DNA of 64,000 nucleotides from Octopus sinensis (Eukaryota), in assembly GCF_006345805.1 (NCBI RefSeq), contig NC_043012.1, positions 56,792,001 through 56,856,000 of the forward strand, in the 5' to 3' direction. Below are positions 50,452 to 63,581 of this stretch, piece by piece (position 1 is the stretch's first letter; each line of letters opens with the position of its first letter). The position numbers and the translations under genes are program-made. The notes under the pieces were generated by a model. That model had not been told where the DNA came from, made no database searches, and was given only the letters and a program-made list of their open reading frames with translations.

Positions 50452-50884
50452 GGATCTTTTCGGTTTGACAGGCAGTTTTTTCTAGCGGTGTCATATGAAA
50501 TTGTCACCCATAATTATGACCCTAGTATCGATCTATTGCATTTCAATCTGTTTTAGGGTTAGGGTTAGGGTTAGGGTTGGGGTTTGAGGTGGGGGGAAGG
50601 GTATCTTTTTTTTTTTCACAAATGTAAATAAACCCTATCTGTTTCTTAAACGAGGGACACATTCATACGGCACAGAATGTTCTTTACCTCATTAGACGTC
50701 AGTGATTGGTTGAAATTGCAGAAATTGAAGAAAAAATAACATATATCTTACAAACCATAGAATTTTCTCAATAAAGCCAAGAGAAAAAGATGTTTTATAA
50801 ACACATTCTAACAGTATAGAAGTTTAAAATTGTTTAGTTACCTAGAAATTATGTTAAAAACTGCCGTTTAAACCGAAAAGATCC
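50452..50884 (+). mobile_element. Second copy of the 8-bp-TSD MITE, containing (TTAGGG)4
   Basis: ggatcttttcggtttgacaggcagttttt / aaaaactgccgtttaaaccgaaaagatcc; perfect TSD ataataat. Confidence 0.9.
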
Positions 50885-51798
50885 ATAATAATAATTATAA
50901 AATATTTAATTCACTCTCAGAATTATTTTTGAGATCTTTATTCTATGTGACCAGACATAGCTTCTTTCGAATTTGTCGCTGCCTGGGATAACGATAATTA
51001 TATAAATATTATAGACGGGTTTATACATATTGACAGTTTGGTTACTCGGTTATAACGCTCACTTTCCAACTGAATGGTTTCCGGTTCAGTCCCACTGCGC
51101 AGCGGTGCCTTTGGTAAGTGCTTTCTACTACTGCCCTAGACCGACAAATACCTTGTAAGTGGATTCGGTAGACGGAAACTGTGTGGAAACCTGTCACATG
51201 TTTGTGTGTTTGTTTCCTGACTTCTTGATAACTGGTTGATTACGTCTCCATAAACCATCCGTTCAGCAAAAGGGACCGATAGAATAAGTACCCGTCTGAA
51301 AAGAATAAATACTTCAGTCGTTTTACTCGATTTAAACTCTTCAAGGATCCAGGAAGGTCGCAGTACAATGATTGAACAAGTGTAACATGCATGCGCACCT
51401 TAGACATGTCGGCAGGTGAACTATAGCAGAATGCTTCGAAATCCACTTCGCGACCACCAGAGATCCTGGTTTCGATCTCATTTCACGACATCTTGCTTGG
51501 GTAAATGTCATTTTCTATATCCTGTTGTTAGTGAAATCGGGAAAACGGGAGCTTACACATTGATTCACGTGCGGCTTATTGAGTTTATTGAACAGTGGAT
51601 TAGAAATCTTAGAACGACGGAGATCCACACACACATTATATATATATATATATATATAGATATAATATATTATATATATATATATATAGATATATATATA
51701 TAGATATATAGATATATATATATATATATATATATATGTACGTATATATTTATACCGACATATATTTATATCTGTATCTATATCTATATATCTATCTC

Positions 51799-51846
<48 letters not shown>

Positions 51847-51929
51847 GTCTGTCTGTCTGTCTGTCTGTCTGCTGTCTGTCTGTGTATATATGTATATTTT
51901 ATGCATAATAAACAGACGAAGGACGAATA

Positions 51930-51960
<31 letters not shown>

Positions 51961-52194
51961 GATATATATATATAGATATATAGATATATATATATATATT
52001 TAACATGTATTACACAGACACACACACAAACACACACACGTATATATATATATATATATATATATTCACATTGGTATATTGGTGGTAATCTACTTTCCGA
52101 ATCTCTCCAGATGACAGTTACAATAGAAAATTATAAATCAGTATATATTATCACAGGTAATCTTAGTTACAAAGAAACACTATTTTTCGCTTAA

Positions 52195-52404
52195 CCCGCT
52201 GGCATTTGAATCAGCCATGTCAGATCCAAATATTCTAACTGCTCTATGTTGAAACCGAGTAGATCTAGCCTGTCGCACCTACCCGACAATGTCATTCTAA
52301 AAATAACCACGTCATCGAAAACTACAACACAATGCAGTATTAATTGAAAACAATGTCAATAAATCAGCATTACATTTGACAGAGTAATTTAAATGCTAGG
52401 GAGT
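52195..52404. mobile_element. Decayed piggyBac-like MITE
   Basis: TTAA-cccgctggcatttgaa ... tttaaatgctagggagt-TTAA. Confidence 0.55.
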
Positions 52405-52969
52405 TTAAGTACCCTGTGGTTTGAAAGAAGGCACAGTTTCCCAATTCATTCATACAAGTCGTTTGTTATACGAGATATAGGGATTTAGATATGTGTAAAT
52501 ATTGTACACGGTTAGGAAGAGGGCACTCATTTGTTCTCCCTAATGCACGTACTTACAGAATTGAAGATTACTATCGTCGATATAAAAGCTGAAGAGGGTT
52601 TTTCGAAGAATATCGTGGCCTACAGTGCATGTTTTATTTTCTGCTATCAATTTCTCAAAACAGAAAAAACAAAAGTGTACATGCTCCTACACAAACCTAC
52701 ATCACTATAATAAAATCACCAGAATGAATAAAGGGTTCAGTGCAGTTCCCTTATGATTAACAGGCGAACGGTTGGGCCAGGCATACCAAAAGTGCTCGAT
52801 AGATAAAGGTAGAGTTTGTATAGCTTTATCAATCGTGTGAATAATCGGAAGCGTGATACGCAAAGTAACGATTTTTTGTTCTTCTTCTTCTTCTTCTTCT
52901 TCTTCTTCTTCTTCTTCTTCTTCACATGTGTATGTGCATCTGTCTGTCTGTCTGCCTCTCTCTCTCTGT

Positions 52970-53053
<84 letters not shown>

Positions 53054-53527
53054 GTCTATCTATCTACACACACGTGTATTTTATATATATATATATATAC
53101 ACACATATGCATATACAAATACACACACACACATATAATGTATGTGTATATAAGCACACACACAAATATTACTTACCTTATCTGGCGGTGTAGAGGTTGC
53201 TATTTTTTCTTTAAAAAGTTTTGAAAATCTAGTGTTTTTTTTTTTTTTCATGAAGAACATTTGAATCTTAGATGAGGAATACCTCTCTACGAAACTTACC
53301 ATACTATTAAATAAATAAATAAATAAAAAAAGTGAATAAAACGAACAATCCCTACGAAAGTATGCAGGCAGGATTTAGGTGTCTCTAACCTACTTAAGAA
53401 GCAACTTGAGAAAGTGTTGTCAGCCGAGTGTTCTATTCTTCCTTGTTCAAAAGTTTTTCACGTCAAATTTTGGGTGCATATTGGAGAGTCCTCAATACCA
53501 GGCTGTACGGTGTGCATGCGGTGTGTG

Positions 53528-53574
<47 letters not shown>

Positions 53575-53695
53575 ATATATATAAGGCGTCGAAATAGGTA
53601 GGGATAACTGATGAAAAATGAGAGTGTCTATGTACGTTTTTTGTGTGTTTTCCTGTTTTCTGTACGTTCCTTTATCGCCTTCCTGCGCTACATTC

Positions 53696-53746
<51 letters not shown>

Positions 53747-54264
53747 TTATATTAAGGGCATAAATGCCTCACGCTACGAGGGACTCTTAAAGTCAAAACT
53801 ACCATAATACCAAAACTTTCTCCTAGTGTGAGGCATTTATGTATAGTAATGCCCCTAATATAAGTAAATATATCTAAGAGGAATAATTGATGGATTTTTC
53901 CCTTATGAGGTTTTTCACGCTAACTACTAGATAAATTCTTATAAAGATTTTATCCTATTTTTTCAATTATATATGTGTGTGTGTGTAAATATATATGTAT
54001 GCATATACATATGAATTTAATATAGACAGCGGTGTGCAATGTGTTACCAAAAAGGAAAACTATAATAGTCGCTAAATATGAGTAGGGTATCAAAACACCT
54101 ACATATGTTTTGAGGCCCTATATATGTCAGTACATATGCATACAGTTATGTACTTTAACTGCATTAGAGCTTTTTAGCTCTTAGACACACACAAGCATCA
54201 AACTAGTATACCTGCTTGTTGTTACCTCACACGTCTTCGTTTTTTGTTTTCTGTGAATTTGAAC

Positions 54265-54329
<65 letters not shown>

Positions 54330-54495
54330 AGACGCAGTCGTGACTGTGTGGTAAGACGCTTGCTTCCCAACTACGTGGATCTAGGTTCAGTTCCACTTCG
54401 TGGCACCTTGGGCAAGTGTCTTCTACTATAGCCTAACCCCAGGCCGACCAAAGCCTTGTGAATGCCTTTGGTAGACGGAAACTGAAGGAAGTCAG
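54330..54495 (+). mobile_element. SINE family B, 5' half
   Basis: gtgactgtgtggtaagacgc...gtggcaccttgggcaagtgtc...gtagacggaaactgaag. Confidence 0.8.
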
Positions 54496-54518
54496 TTGTA
54501 TATATATATATATATATC

Positions 54519-54566
<48 letters not shown>

Positions 54567-55029
54567 TGTATGTATGTATGTATGTATGTATGTGTGTGTG
54601 TGTATACATAAGTATATATGCATAAATTATATTCCATATGAGAAATCCAGACCAATTTATCGTAGTAACCCAAAATAAAAAAAGAAATTATACCATATCT
54701 AGCGAATTGTTTTCTCGGCAACATAGTCTCTACTGCGAAGAACTGAGAGTGGAAACGTCTGGCCATGTTGTATGGAAACGGTGAACTGACTATTACATAC
54801 AAGTCAGGCACACTCGCAGACACTCAAAGACATATAATGTATATCATATATATATTACATAAATATATGCGACTGTATATAGACACAGTTAGATGCACAT
54901 ACAAGCATATGATATATATAATATATATATGTATATATATATATATATCATATATTTTATATATATGTGAACCAAATATATATCTATATATCCATCTCGC
55001 TTTCTCTGCATCGTGTCCTTATATATAAA

Positions 55030-55310
55030 CTTAGATAAGCTTAGGTGTGTTTCGATCAAAGATTGGTCCAGGACATGTCTAAGTTAATAGTACCACCTGA
55101 TAGGATTATCTAAATCCTTTTTAAGTCAGGTTTTGTGGTATCATGGTCCATTCAGGTAGTGAGTTCTTGTTGAGTGAGTCGTATTCGGGGGATAGGTGGC
55201 TTATCTGGTATTCCTTGAAGAAATTTGTCCAGACTCCGTTTAAAGGTGATGGGATCCTTTTCCTCTTTGATCAGTTTTGGGACAATGTTAAATAGGACAG
55301 GATCTGTTGA
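55030..55310 (-). pseudogene. CR1/L2-group LINE 3' fragment
   Basis: STDPVLFNIVPKLIKEEKDPITFKRSLDKFLQGIPDKPPIP resembles ORF2 C-termini; its 3' UTR (ggtggtactattaa...gatcgaaac) is shared with 56490-56545. Confidence 0.7.
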
Positions 55311-55379
55311 TACATACACACATACACATATATACATATATTTGTATATACATATTATGCATATAATTGTATGTTATGT

Positions 55380-55440
<61 letters not shown>

Positions 55441-55966
55441 GGAGTATTCGCGTTGCAAGCGCAGACCTGCCGAGGGTCGATGAAAAAACAACAGTTAAGT
55501 ACTGAGGTAATAGAACTGTTGTACCTAAATTAGAAAAATATAATTATATTAGGGCATAATTACGTACTTGAAAATATTTTTAAAATGGTATATTATGATA
55601 TGATATGATTATGAAGATATATATATATATATGTATATATATATATCTATATGATGTATGTATGTATGTTGTATGTATGTATGTATGTATGTATGTTGTA
55701 GTATGTAGTTATATTTATATGTATGTATGCATGTATGTATGTATATATATATAATATATATATATATATAATATACTTAATTTATATAGTGTATACATAT
55801 ATATATGCATATATGTCGTGTATAAAACTATATGTTTATCTACATACATGCATATTATGTCAAAAAATCTATCTACTCTATCTATCTATCTATCTATCTA
55901 TTATCTATCTATTATTATCTATCTGTCTGTCTGTTACCATATATGTGTTATAACTGTCGTTATAGT

Positions 55967-56013
<47 letters not shown>

Positions 56014-56019
56014 TAGATA

Positions 56020-56555
56020 GATATGAAATATCACCCCATTCGAAACAACTCATTATGAAAATAGAAGCACTTCAGAGGTCCATAAGAAGAAGGATAGACG
56101 GCATGAGAGGTATTAATTATTGGGGTCGACTTAAAAAGACTCAATCTCTACTCTCCGCAACGCCGCCGGGAGCGCTACATCATTTGTGTTATGTGGGAAA
56201 TATTCCATCAATATTGCACAAATGATGTTGGTATCAATTTTAAAATCCATCCAAGACTTGGCCCCCATGCTACCGTCCACTAAAAAAATCGAACTCGGTA
56301 CACATAGCGACGTCACAATTACTTTACCTCAACTGGTCCAGACACGGATCCCATAAAATTCAAATGTTCACTGGACAAAATTTCTTCAAATAATCTCGGA
56401 CTTACCTCCTACACCCATATATATATCCAACAATAATGACTCTTTGTTAGAGTGGGCTATGGTGCCCCATATATGACTAAAAGACTTCACCAAGTGGTGC
56501 TATTAAGTCAGACACGACCCGAGCCTATACTGGTCGAAACCTATCAAAATTTATA
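56020..56555 (+). pseudogene. CR1/L2-group LINE 3' fragment
   Basis: SPHSKQLIMKIEALQRSIRRRIDGMRGINYWGRLK / RLNLYSPQRRRERYII (frameshifted) matches the conserved LE.VQR...L.Y.ERL..L.L.SL..RR.R motif. Confidence 0.8.
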
Positions 56556-56585
56556 TATACGTATTTATGTATGTATGAAAGTGTG

Positions 56586-56628
<43 letters not shown>

Positions 56629-56756
56629 CGGGAAGCTTTATGAAAATAGACAAATGACGAAGGCAGGTTTACGGAAATAAACAAAAGACGAAGGCAGGTG
56701 GAATACAAACAAACAATTGTATTAGTATGGCGCTCAGGAAATATAAATAAAACAAG

Positions 56757-56794
56757 TCTTTAACGTTTCGAGCCTACGCTCTTCAACAGAAAGA
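56757..56794 (-). ncRNA. Minimal type I hammerhead motif (HH-A; core CUGUUGA)
   Basis: UCUUU-CUGUUGA-A-GAGC-GUAG-GCUC-GAAAC-GUU-AAAGA within element 56626-56850. Confidence 0.6.
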
Positions 56795-57398
56795 TACACA
56801 GAGAAAAAACACAGAAAGAAGCAGAGAAAAAAAATATGCGTGCAGGGATTATGTATATATAATCAAAATATGAAAGCAAAGAAAGAATTTAGCACATCTT
56901 CAATCACCAGTGACAATTGTTTCTCTAACACTGTGTTTTTAAGGCCATTGAACGCAAGAACTTAATGTGAAAAGTTTCATAATATTTGCGGTTTTAAACA
57001 CTAGAATTCCACTTCCTTCGGGTTGCATCTTCCCTTGACCATAGATTAGTTTTTTACTGATGTAACACCTGGATCTTCTACACCTGAGAGATTTCGAGCT
57101 TTCTTAAGGCTACAATTAAAGAATTGTAGATATCCTTAAGCTCGAGTTGATGGCCATTTTGGAAATATCCTGTCTTCCTACCCATTCCAAGACCATTTTA
57201 ATATATAATGCACACACGGAACTTGCGTGATAGGCCTCATACATAAAGTTCTAATCAAGTTTTATGACGAAGACCACGGTACCCATTGTAAATCTATCTA
57301 TTTCTCTGTAACTTAACATGGTATTGACACGTGCAGATATGTAGCTATAGTTGCATCTAAAAACACAAGTGAAACAAAATGTACACATTGAATAGCAG

Positions 57399-57433
<35 letters not shown>

Positions 57434-57538
57434 TAGTTAATCCAACAAGGAAAACACACAAAAAAAAACACAACAAACGCGAGGACGTGGAACAAATATA
57501 GTATTATTGGACGCTCAGGAAAGAAGGGAAGAAGGAGG

Positions 57539-57573
57539 GTTTAACGTTTCGAGCGGAGCTCTTCGTCGGAAAC
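57539..57573 (-). ncRNA. Minimal type I hammerhead motif (HH-A; core CCGACGA)
   Basis: GUUU-CCGACGA-A-GAGC-UCC-GCUC-GAAAC-GUU-AAAC within element 57436-57643. Confidence 0.6.
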
Positions 57574-57643
57574 ATAGGAGAAGGAAAGATCCCGAGAAGG
57601 GAAGACAGAGGGGGAAAAATCACCAACGGTACACACGAGGTCA

Positions 57644-57724
57644 TCCAGAAATCTTTCGTCACACATCTGTGACCTCTTCATTAACACTTTCCGTCTTCGT
57701 CTGTGCTATTGTTCTGCTTATTCC

Positions 57725-57756
<32 letters not shown>

Positions 57757-57801
57757 ATGTATGTATGTGTATAAAATTTACCTTATATATTTATCCTCTT
57801 T

Positions 57802-57841
<40 letters not shown>

Positions 57842-58499
57842 CGGGAAGCTTTATGAAAATAGACAAAAGACGAAGGCAGGTGGAAAACAAACGAACATAT
57901 ATATATAACAGAGTTATTAATGAGATTATCAATCCGGGCAAAATGCTCCATAAGCTCTCTGTTAGTACACCAGTCAAACAATATTGTTGAAATTAGTATT
58001 CTTGCGGGAGGGTCCGAGGTTATAGTTCATTACCCTTCTGTATTGTAAATATAATCTGTTCCAGTTACACAGGTTTTTTAATCAGAGTGATATACAAGAC
58101 ATGGCATAAATAATAGTCATTCCATATCTGTCTTTATTGTAATAAATTTGACTATTTATGCATTGTCTATATATATATATATATATATATATAATGATTT
58201 TGTGTTGCAAGATTCCTGATGTGAAGTCGTGTGTTGAAACAGGTATTGTTGTATTTTGGGATGGTAATTTTCTTTTTTCTTTTTTTTTTACCAAATATTC
58301 GTTCTTCATTCGTTTATTACTGTTCTTATTCTAACTCACGTCCGCTGTCCAGAAATCTTTCGTCACACATCTGTGACCTCTTCATCAACACTTTCCGTCT
58401 TCGTGTGTGCTATTGTTCTGCTTATTCAACACACACACACACACACATGTATGTATGTGTATAAAATTTACCTATATATTTATCACTCTTTCTAACTAT
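57644..58499. repeat. Local direct duplication 57644-57809 / 58348-58499
   Basis: tccagaaatctttcgtcacacatctgtgacctcttcat...tctttctaactat occurs twice. Confidence 0.85.
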
Positions 58500-58922
58500 T
58501 TATATATATTTATGTATATAAGGCAATTGTGCATTTCAGGTATTTTGAGTCGGTTTACCCTCAGATGATTACGCTGACATTTTCTTTATATACTGACATT
58601 CAATGTCCATTCACTCTGTTTATTTCTTTTACGTAGACATTGGTCATAGCACTATTAATTGCCTATTCGTTGTTGAGCACTCGGACTGAATATATAACTC
58701 GATGACATTAAGTCGGGCGTATACCTTGTGAGGTTTATTAAGTCTTATTATATCACACATGCGCGCACTCACTCTTACACGCATACACATATATACACGC
58801 ACACACACTATCATATATGGTCATATGTTTATATACACACATACACAGGTTTTTGAAAATATCAATATCAGTATATATATATATACATATATATATATAC
58901 ATACATACATATACATACATAT

Positions 58923-58964
<42 letters not shown>

Positions 58965-59069
58965 GTAAACACATACATAATACATACATACATACATACA
59001 TATATATATATAGTCATAACTGGTGTTTTATAAATGGTTGTGTACAAATAGTGTTATATTTTTCTATAA

Positions 59070-59140
<71 letters not shown>

Positions 59141-59141
59141 A

Positions 59142-59478
59142 TACTCTTTTACTTGTTTCAATCATTTGACTGTGGCCATGCTGGAGCACCACCTTTTAGT
59201 CGAGCAAATCGACTCCAGGACTTATTCTTTGTAAGCCTAGTACTTTTCCTATCGGTCTCTTTTGCCGAACCGCTAATGTTACGGGGACGTAAACTCACCA
59301 GCATCGGTTGTCAAGCGATGTTGGGGGACAAACACAGATGCACTAACATATACACACACATACATATACATATATATATACATATATACGACGGGCTTCT
59401 TTCAGTTTCCGTCTACCAAATCACTCACAAGGCTTTGGTCGGCCCGAGGCTATAGTAGAAGACACTTGCCCAAGGTGC
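59142..59478 (-). mobile_element. SINE family B, 5'-truncated
   Basis: Tail through to cttgcccaaggtg. Confidence 0.88.
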
Positions 59479-59499
59479 GACATATATATATATATATAA

Positions 59500-59537
<38 letters not shown>

Positions 59538-59967
59538 TTATACAACATGCCACATCATACTTATATATCTCTCACCCTTTCCATCTTATCTTTCGCTGTT
59601 TGTGTTCGTGTGTGTATGTGTGTGTGTGTGTGTGTGTGTGGGTGCGAGCGTGTATGCGTGTAATGTGCGCTTTTTTTTCTTATTGTACTTAAAACCTAAG
59701 TGCTCAATACAAACTTATAGCCAGCGTTGAGTATAGTGTTTCTAACTTGTTATTTCACAGCCAGACTTAAAACTTTCATACGAGCAGCCTTGGATGACCG
59801 ACTGCGCGCGCGCAAACACACACACACACGCACAAAGTTACGCATACACGTACACACACGCGCGTGCTCGCACACACACGCGGGTGCGCGCGCGCACACA
59901 CACACACACAGTTGTATGGACGTGAGTTGAATGAATATGCCTATAGCATGTAAATATATTTATGTTG

Positions 59968-60001
<34 letters not shown>

Positions 60002-60094
60002 CTATATATTAGTGTGTAAAGCATTTATAGCATGCTTGTTAATGTGTGTGTATGTGTGTGTGTGTTCTCGCTCTTTTTTACCCTTTCTTTCTTT

Positions 60095-60128
<34 letters not shown>

Positions 60129-60814
60129 GTATGCCTCTGTGAGCGTGCGTGTGCGTGACTACGTATGCATGCATAGAGAACAACGTAATGTAGTCGGCAG
60201 ATATGCAGATACATACATACATACATACATACATACATACATACATACATACATACATTATATATATATATATATTTATATATATGTATATGTATATATA
60301 TATAGGGACAAATTGCGGAACAGTTGATAGATAGAGAAATAGCGTGAGAGAAAGAAAAAGAGAGAAAAATCAGTAGATGAATAGAGAGAAAAACGCAGAC
60401 CATGAAAATATTATTATTACATATGTGATACCGATAAAGACATTTATATTCGTAGGCGAGTTGTTGAAGAATATAATAGAGTGGTTGCCTAGCTACAAAT
60501 AGATGATGTACGTTTGCACTGTAAAGTTAAATGTACCATAATTGTTATTTTCTCTTGTAATAGTGAAAATTTTCACACGCGCCTGCGCCCGTCTCTGGGT
60601 ATTTTGAAATATCCGTAATATTTTCAGTGGAAACTACGAGATCGTTTGAAGTAGATTTTCATTGAAATAAATTCGACATTATATGGTAATATATAGAGGG
60701 GAAAAAAAAGAGAAATTAAGAAATTATTTGTTAATTAGTTAGTTTTCTCATGTAGAAATGTTAATGATAATTATCTCTGAATATTTTTTTGCACTAACTA
60801 GCTAGTCTCAAAAT

Positions 60815-60888
<74 letters not shown>

Positions 60889-62844
60889 GACACGTGTGTG
60901 TATATGTGTATGGATGTATATATGTATATATATAAGCAAATATAAGAAATATATATGTATATATATAAATGTACGCATGTATGTGTGTGTGTTAAAGAGG
61001 CAAATTGGTTTGTAGAAATGTTCGTGGTGATCTTTGCTGAATGTTATTAGCAGTGTTCAATAAAGTGAAATAGGATCGATCCTATATTGAAACCGGGTTG
61101 CGTTCACTACTCTTAACTACAGTCAGAATTCATCACACCCAATATAATAAAACGATATTTCTCCATCGGTAGTTTATTGAAATGAAGCAATATTTTTCTT
61201 GTTTTAATCGACCAAAATATTCTATTAATTCTTCTCACGCATCGAGTGTTGTTTAGTTGAAGTTTCAATGTCATTGAAATTATTTCTATTCCAACGAAAA
61301 TGTACATATGTAATTTTATTCACTAAATGCGCAGCTGTTTTCGATACATAGATCATTTAACAGATATTTATTTATGTAAATTGATGATTATTGAAAAGAA
61401 AGAAGAAAAAAAAACTGTCGGAAAATTACATTTAAACGTATCAATTTACAAATGCAGTGTTCAGTCCGAGGTCATTTTAAGAACTATATTTATTTATCTC
61501 TAAAGTTATTTAATTTTGGACATGAAATAATCTGGTTTAGTTTTGATAATGTTAACTATTTCGGTTGAAAAGCGTTACACGATTCAGTAGCAAAATGATA
61601 ATTTCAATGAATACTAAATAATGAACTTTGTCTTGTAGCCTCTATTGTATTAACTAGTATTTTCTTGTCTTTTTTTTAAACACAACCTTACATACATATA
61701 CACATACCTTCACTTCTTTCCAGTAAAAAGTATGTTATGCGTAAAATGAATCGATTGTTAATGATAACATTTAAATAAAAAGCTAAAAGTAACAGAAAAG
61801 TGAAGCAAGTTAAATTTTGTTTTCATTATATTAATTCCACCCAGGAGCGACTATTTAAACAAACTTTTAAAATATTTAAATGAGTACAAACAGTTTAAAT
61901 TCCTTTTTTCTTACTGTTCAATGGGCTCATCATCCACTAAGTTTATTTTATTATGCAGTATGGAGTTGTTTAACGATTTTGTTTCGAATTCGCTTCGCTG
62001 TTGCAGGGAAAATTACTCAAAGGACTGACAATTCTAGTTTATTTGTCGTTTGGATTACATCGTTAAGGTGAATATTTTCACGAGAACCATTAACAACACG
62101 AGCAAAAATAACAACTATTGCAGAAAAAAAAAAAAAAAACTCATTCTGAATGGAGACTCGAAGGAAGAAAAATAGCGCTGCTGATATTAAGATAATTAAA
62201 AGATTCTCCATATTTCTATAAAAGCGAATTTTCCCATCGGAAAATATTCGTATATCAATTTTTAATTGAATCGGTCTTAGTTTAACCATTCTAATTTTAT
62301 ATTTGTTTCAATTACCGACTCGTTAATCTGTGCATCAGACTTTATCATTAACCATCTATGCTTCTTTGAAATAATAAAGCTAAGCTAAAGATAATTTACA
62401 AACCCATTTATTAAGATCACTTTGAATATTATCATTATTATATTATTATCATCATCATCATTATTATTATATCGCAATAATAAATAAGCCAGGCCCTCCT
62501 TTTAGCTAATTGATCGTCTTCCTTCTCTAACTTCATACATCTCCCTACCACGAAAACTCATAATTCTATCACCCAATCAACGCACAACTACATCGCCGAT
62601 ATTACATTACCGTGCCATTGGTCTTCCATAGTTACGATATAAGAGAGGAGGAGGACGAGGGGGGAACACAAAAAAAAAGAAAAATATTTTTGCTTTTTCT
62701 CTCTCCTTCTTCATCCACCCATCTACTTACACTCTTACTCTTTCTTTATCTCTCCTTCTCCCTCTCTCTTCTTCGCCTTTAGTCTTTCCCTCCACTCGCG
62801 CTCTCTTGCTCACTCCCTCTGTTTTCTTCGTCAGGTTCGGGTTT

Positions 62845-62875
62845 TGCGCATGCGTATTCAGTCCGTTGCCATTTT
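62845..62875 (+). promoter_or_regulatory. Candidate Pol II core promoter (NRF1-like TGCGCATGCG, Inr-like TCAGT, YY1-like GCCATTTT)
   Basis: Motifs at 62845-54, 62858-62 and 62868-75, downstream of a CT-rich tract and ~2.4 kb with no recognisable SINE. Confidence 0.5.
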
Positions 62876-62924
62876 GTTCAGTATTGCTTCTCATTCAGAT
62901 GGAGTTGAGTTTCTCCGTTCAACG

Positions 62925-62948
62925 ATGGACGACGGAAAAAACTGTCAG
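62925..62948 (+). CDS. Candidate first coding exon (MDDGKNCQ), gene unidentified
   Basis: acgATGGAC start context and CAG|gtagca donor; an alternative ATG at 62899 lies in another frame. Confidence 0.3.
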
Positions 62949-63429
62949 GTAGCACATTTTTCTTTTATTTCAAATCGTACCTCTTCGATTCCAAATCACA
63001 CAAAAGCATTTTCCCACCCTCCATCTAACACATATACACGCACACAAATACATCATATAGTTCCTACCAAACTTCTAGTTAATGAAAAGTACATATATAC
63101 ACACACACACACACTTATGTGTATATGTAGTATATATATATACATATATGCATGTGTATAATCCTGTGTGTGTATATTATATCAGTGTATTTGGAAAATA
63201 GCGGTCAAGATTACTTATAATACTTCCTCCCCCTCTTCTCTTCTTTTTTTCTCCTCCCCCTTTGTTTATCTTCATTTCTCTCTTTTTCTTTTCTTCAAAT
63301 TCATCCTTTTCCTTCTGTCTCTCTCTCTTTCTTTTCTCTTTTCACTTCACCCTGCAGCCGCACCACACACATAATTATACAGTTGGGCTTTATGTCTTTC
63401 CGTTGCTTTACTTTTGTTTATTACATATG

Positions 63430-63433
63430 TGTG

Positions 63434-63472
<39 letters not shown>

Positions 63473-63537
63473 TATATATATATCCGTGCGCGCGCACACA
63501 CGCATATCTAATTAAACGTACGTATTATATATAATAT

Positions 63538-63581
<44 letters not shown>

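Noticed and set aside
52589-52620. CTGAAGA-GGG-TTTT-TTC-GAAG hammerhead look-alike
   Set aside because: GAAG instead of GAAA, and no stems I or III
54730-54762. ctactgcgaagaactgagagtggaaacgtctgg, possible decayed hammerhead
   Set aside because: Core incomplete and stem II does not pair
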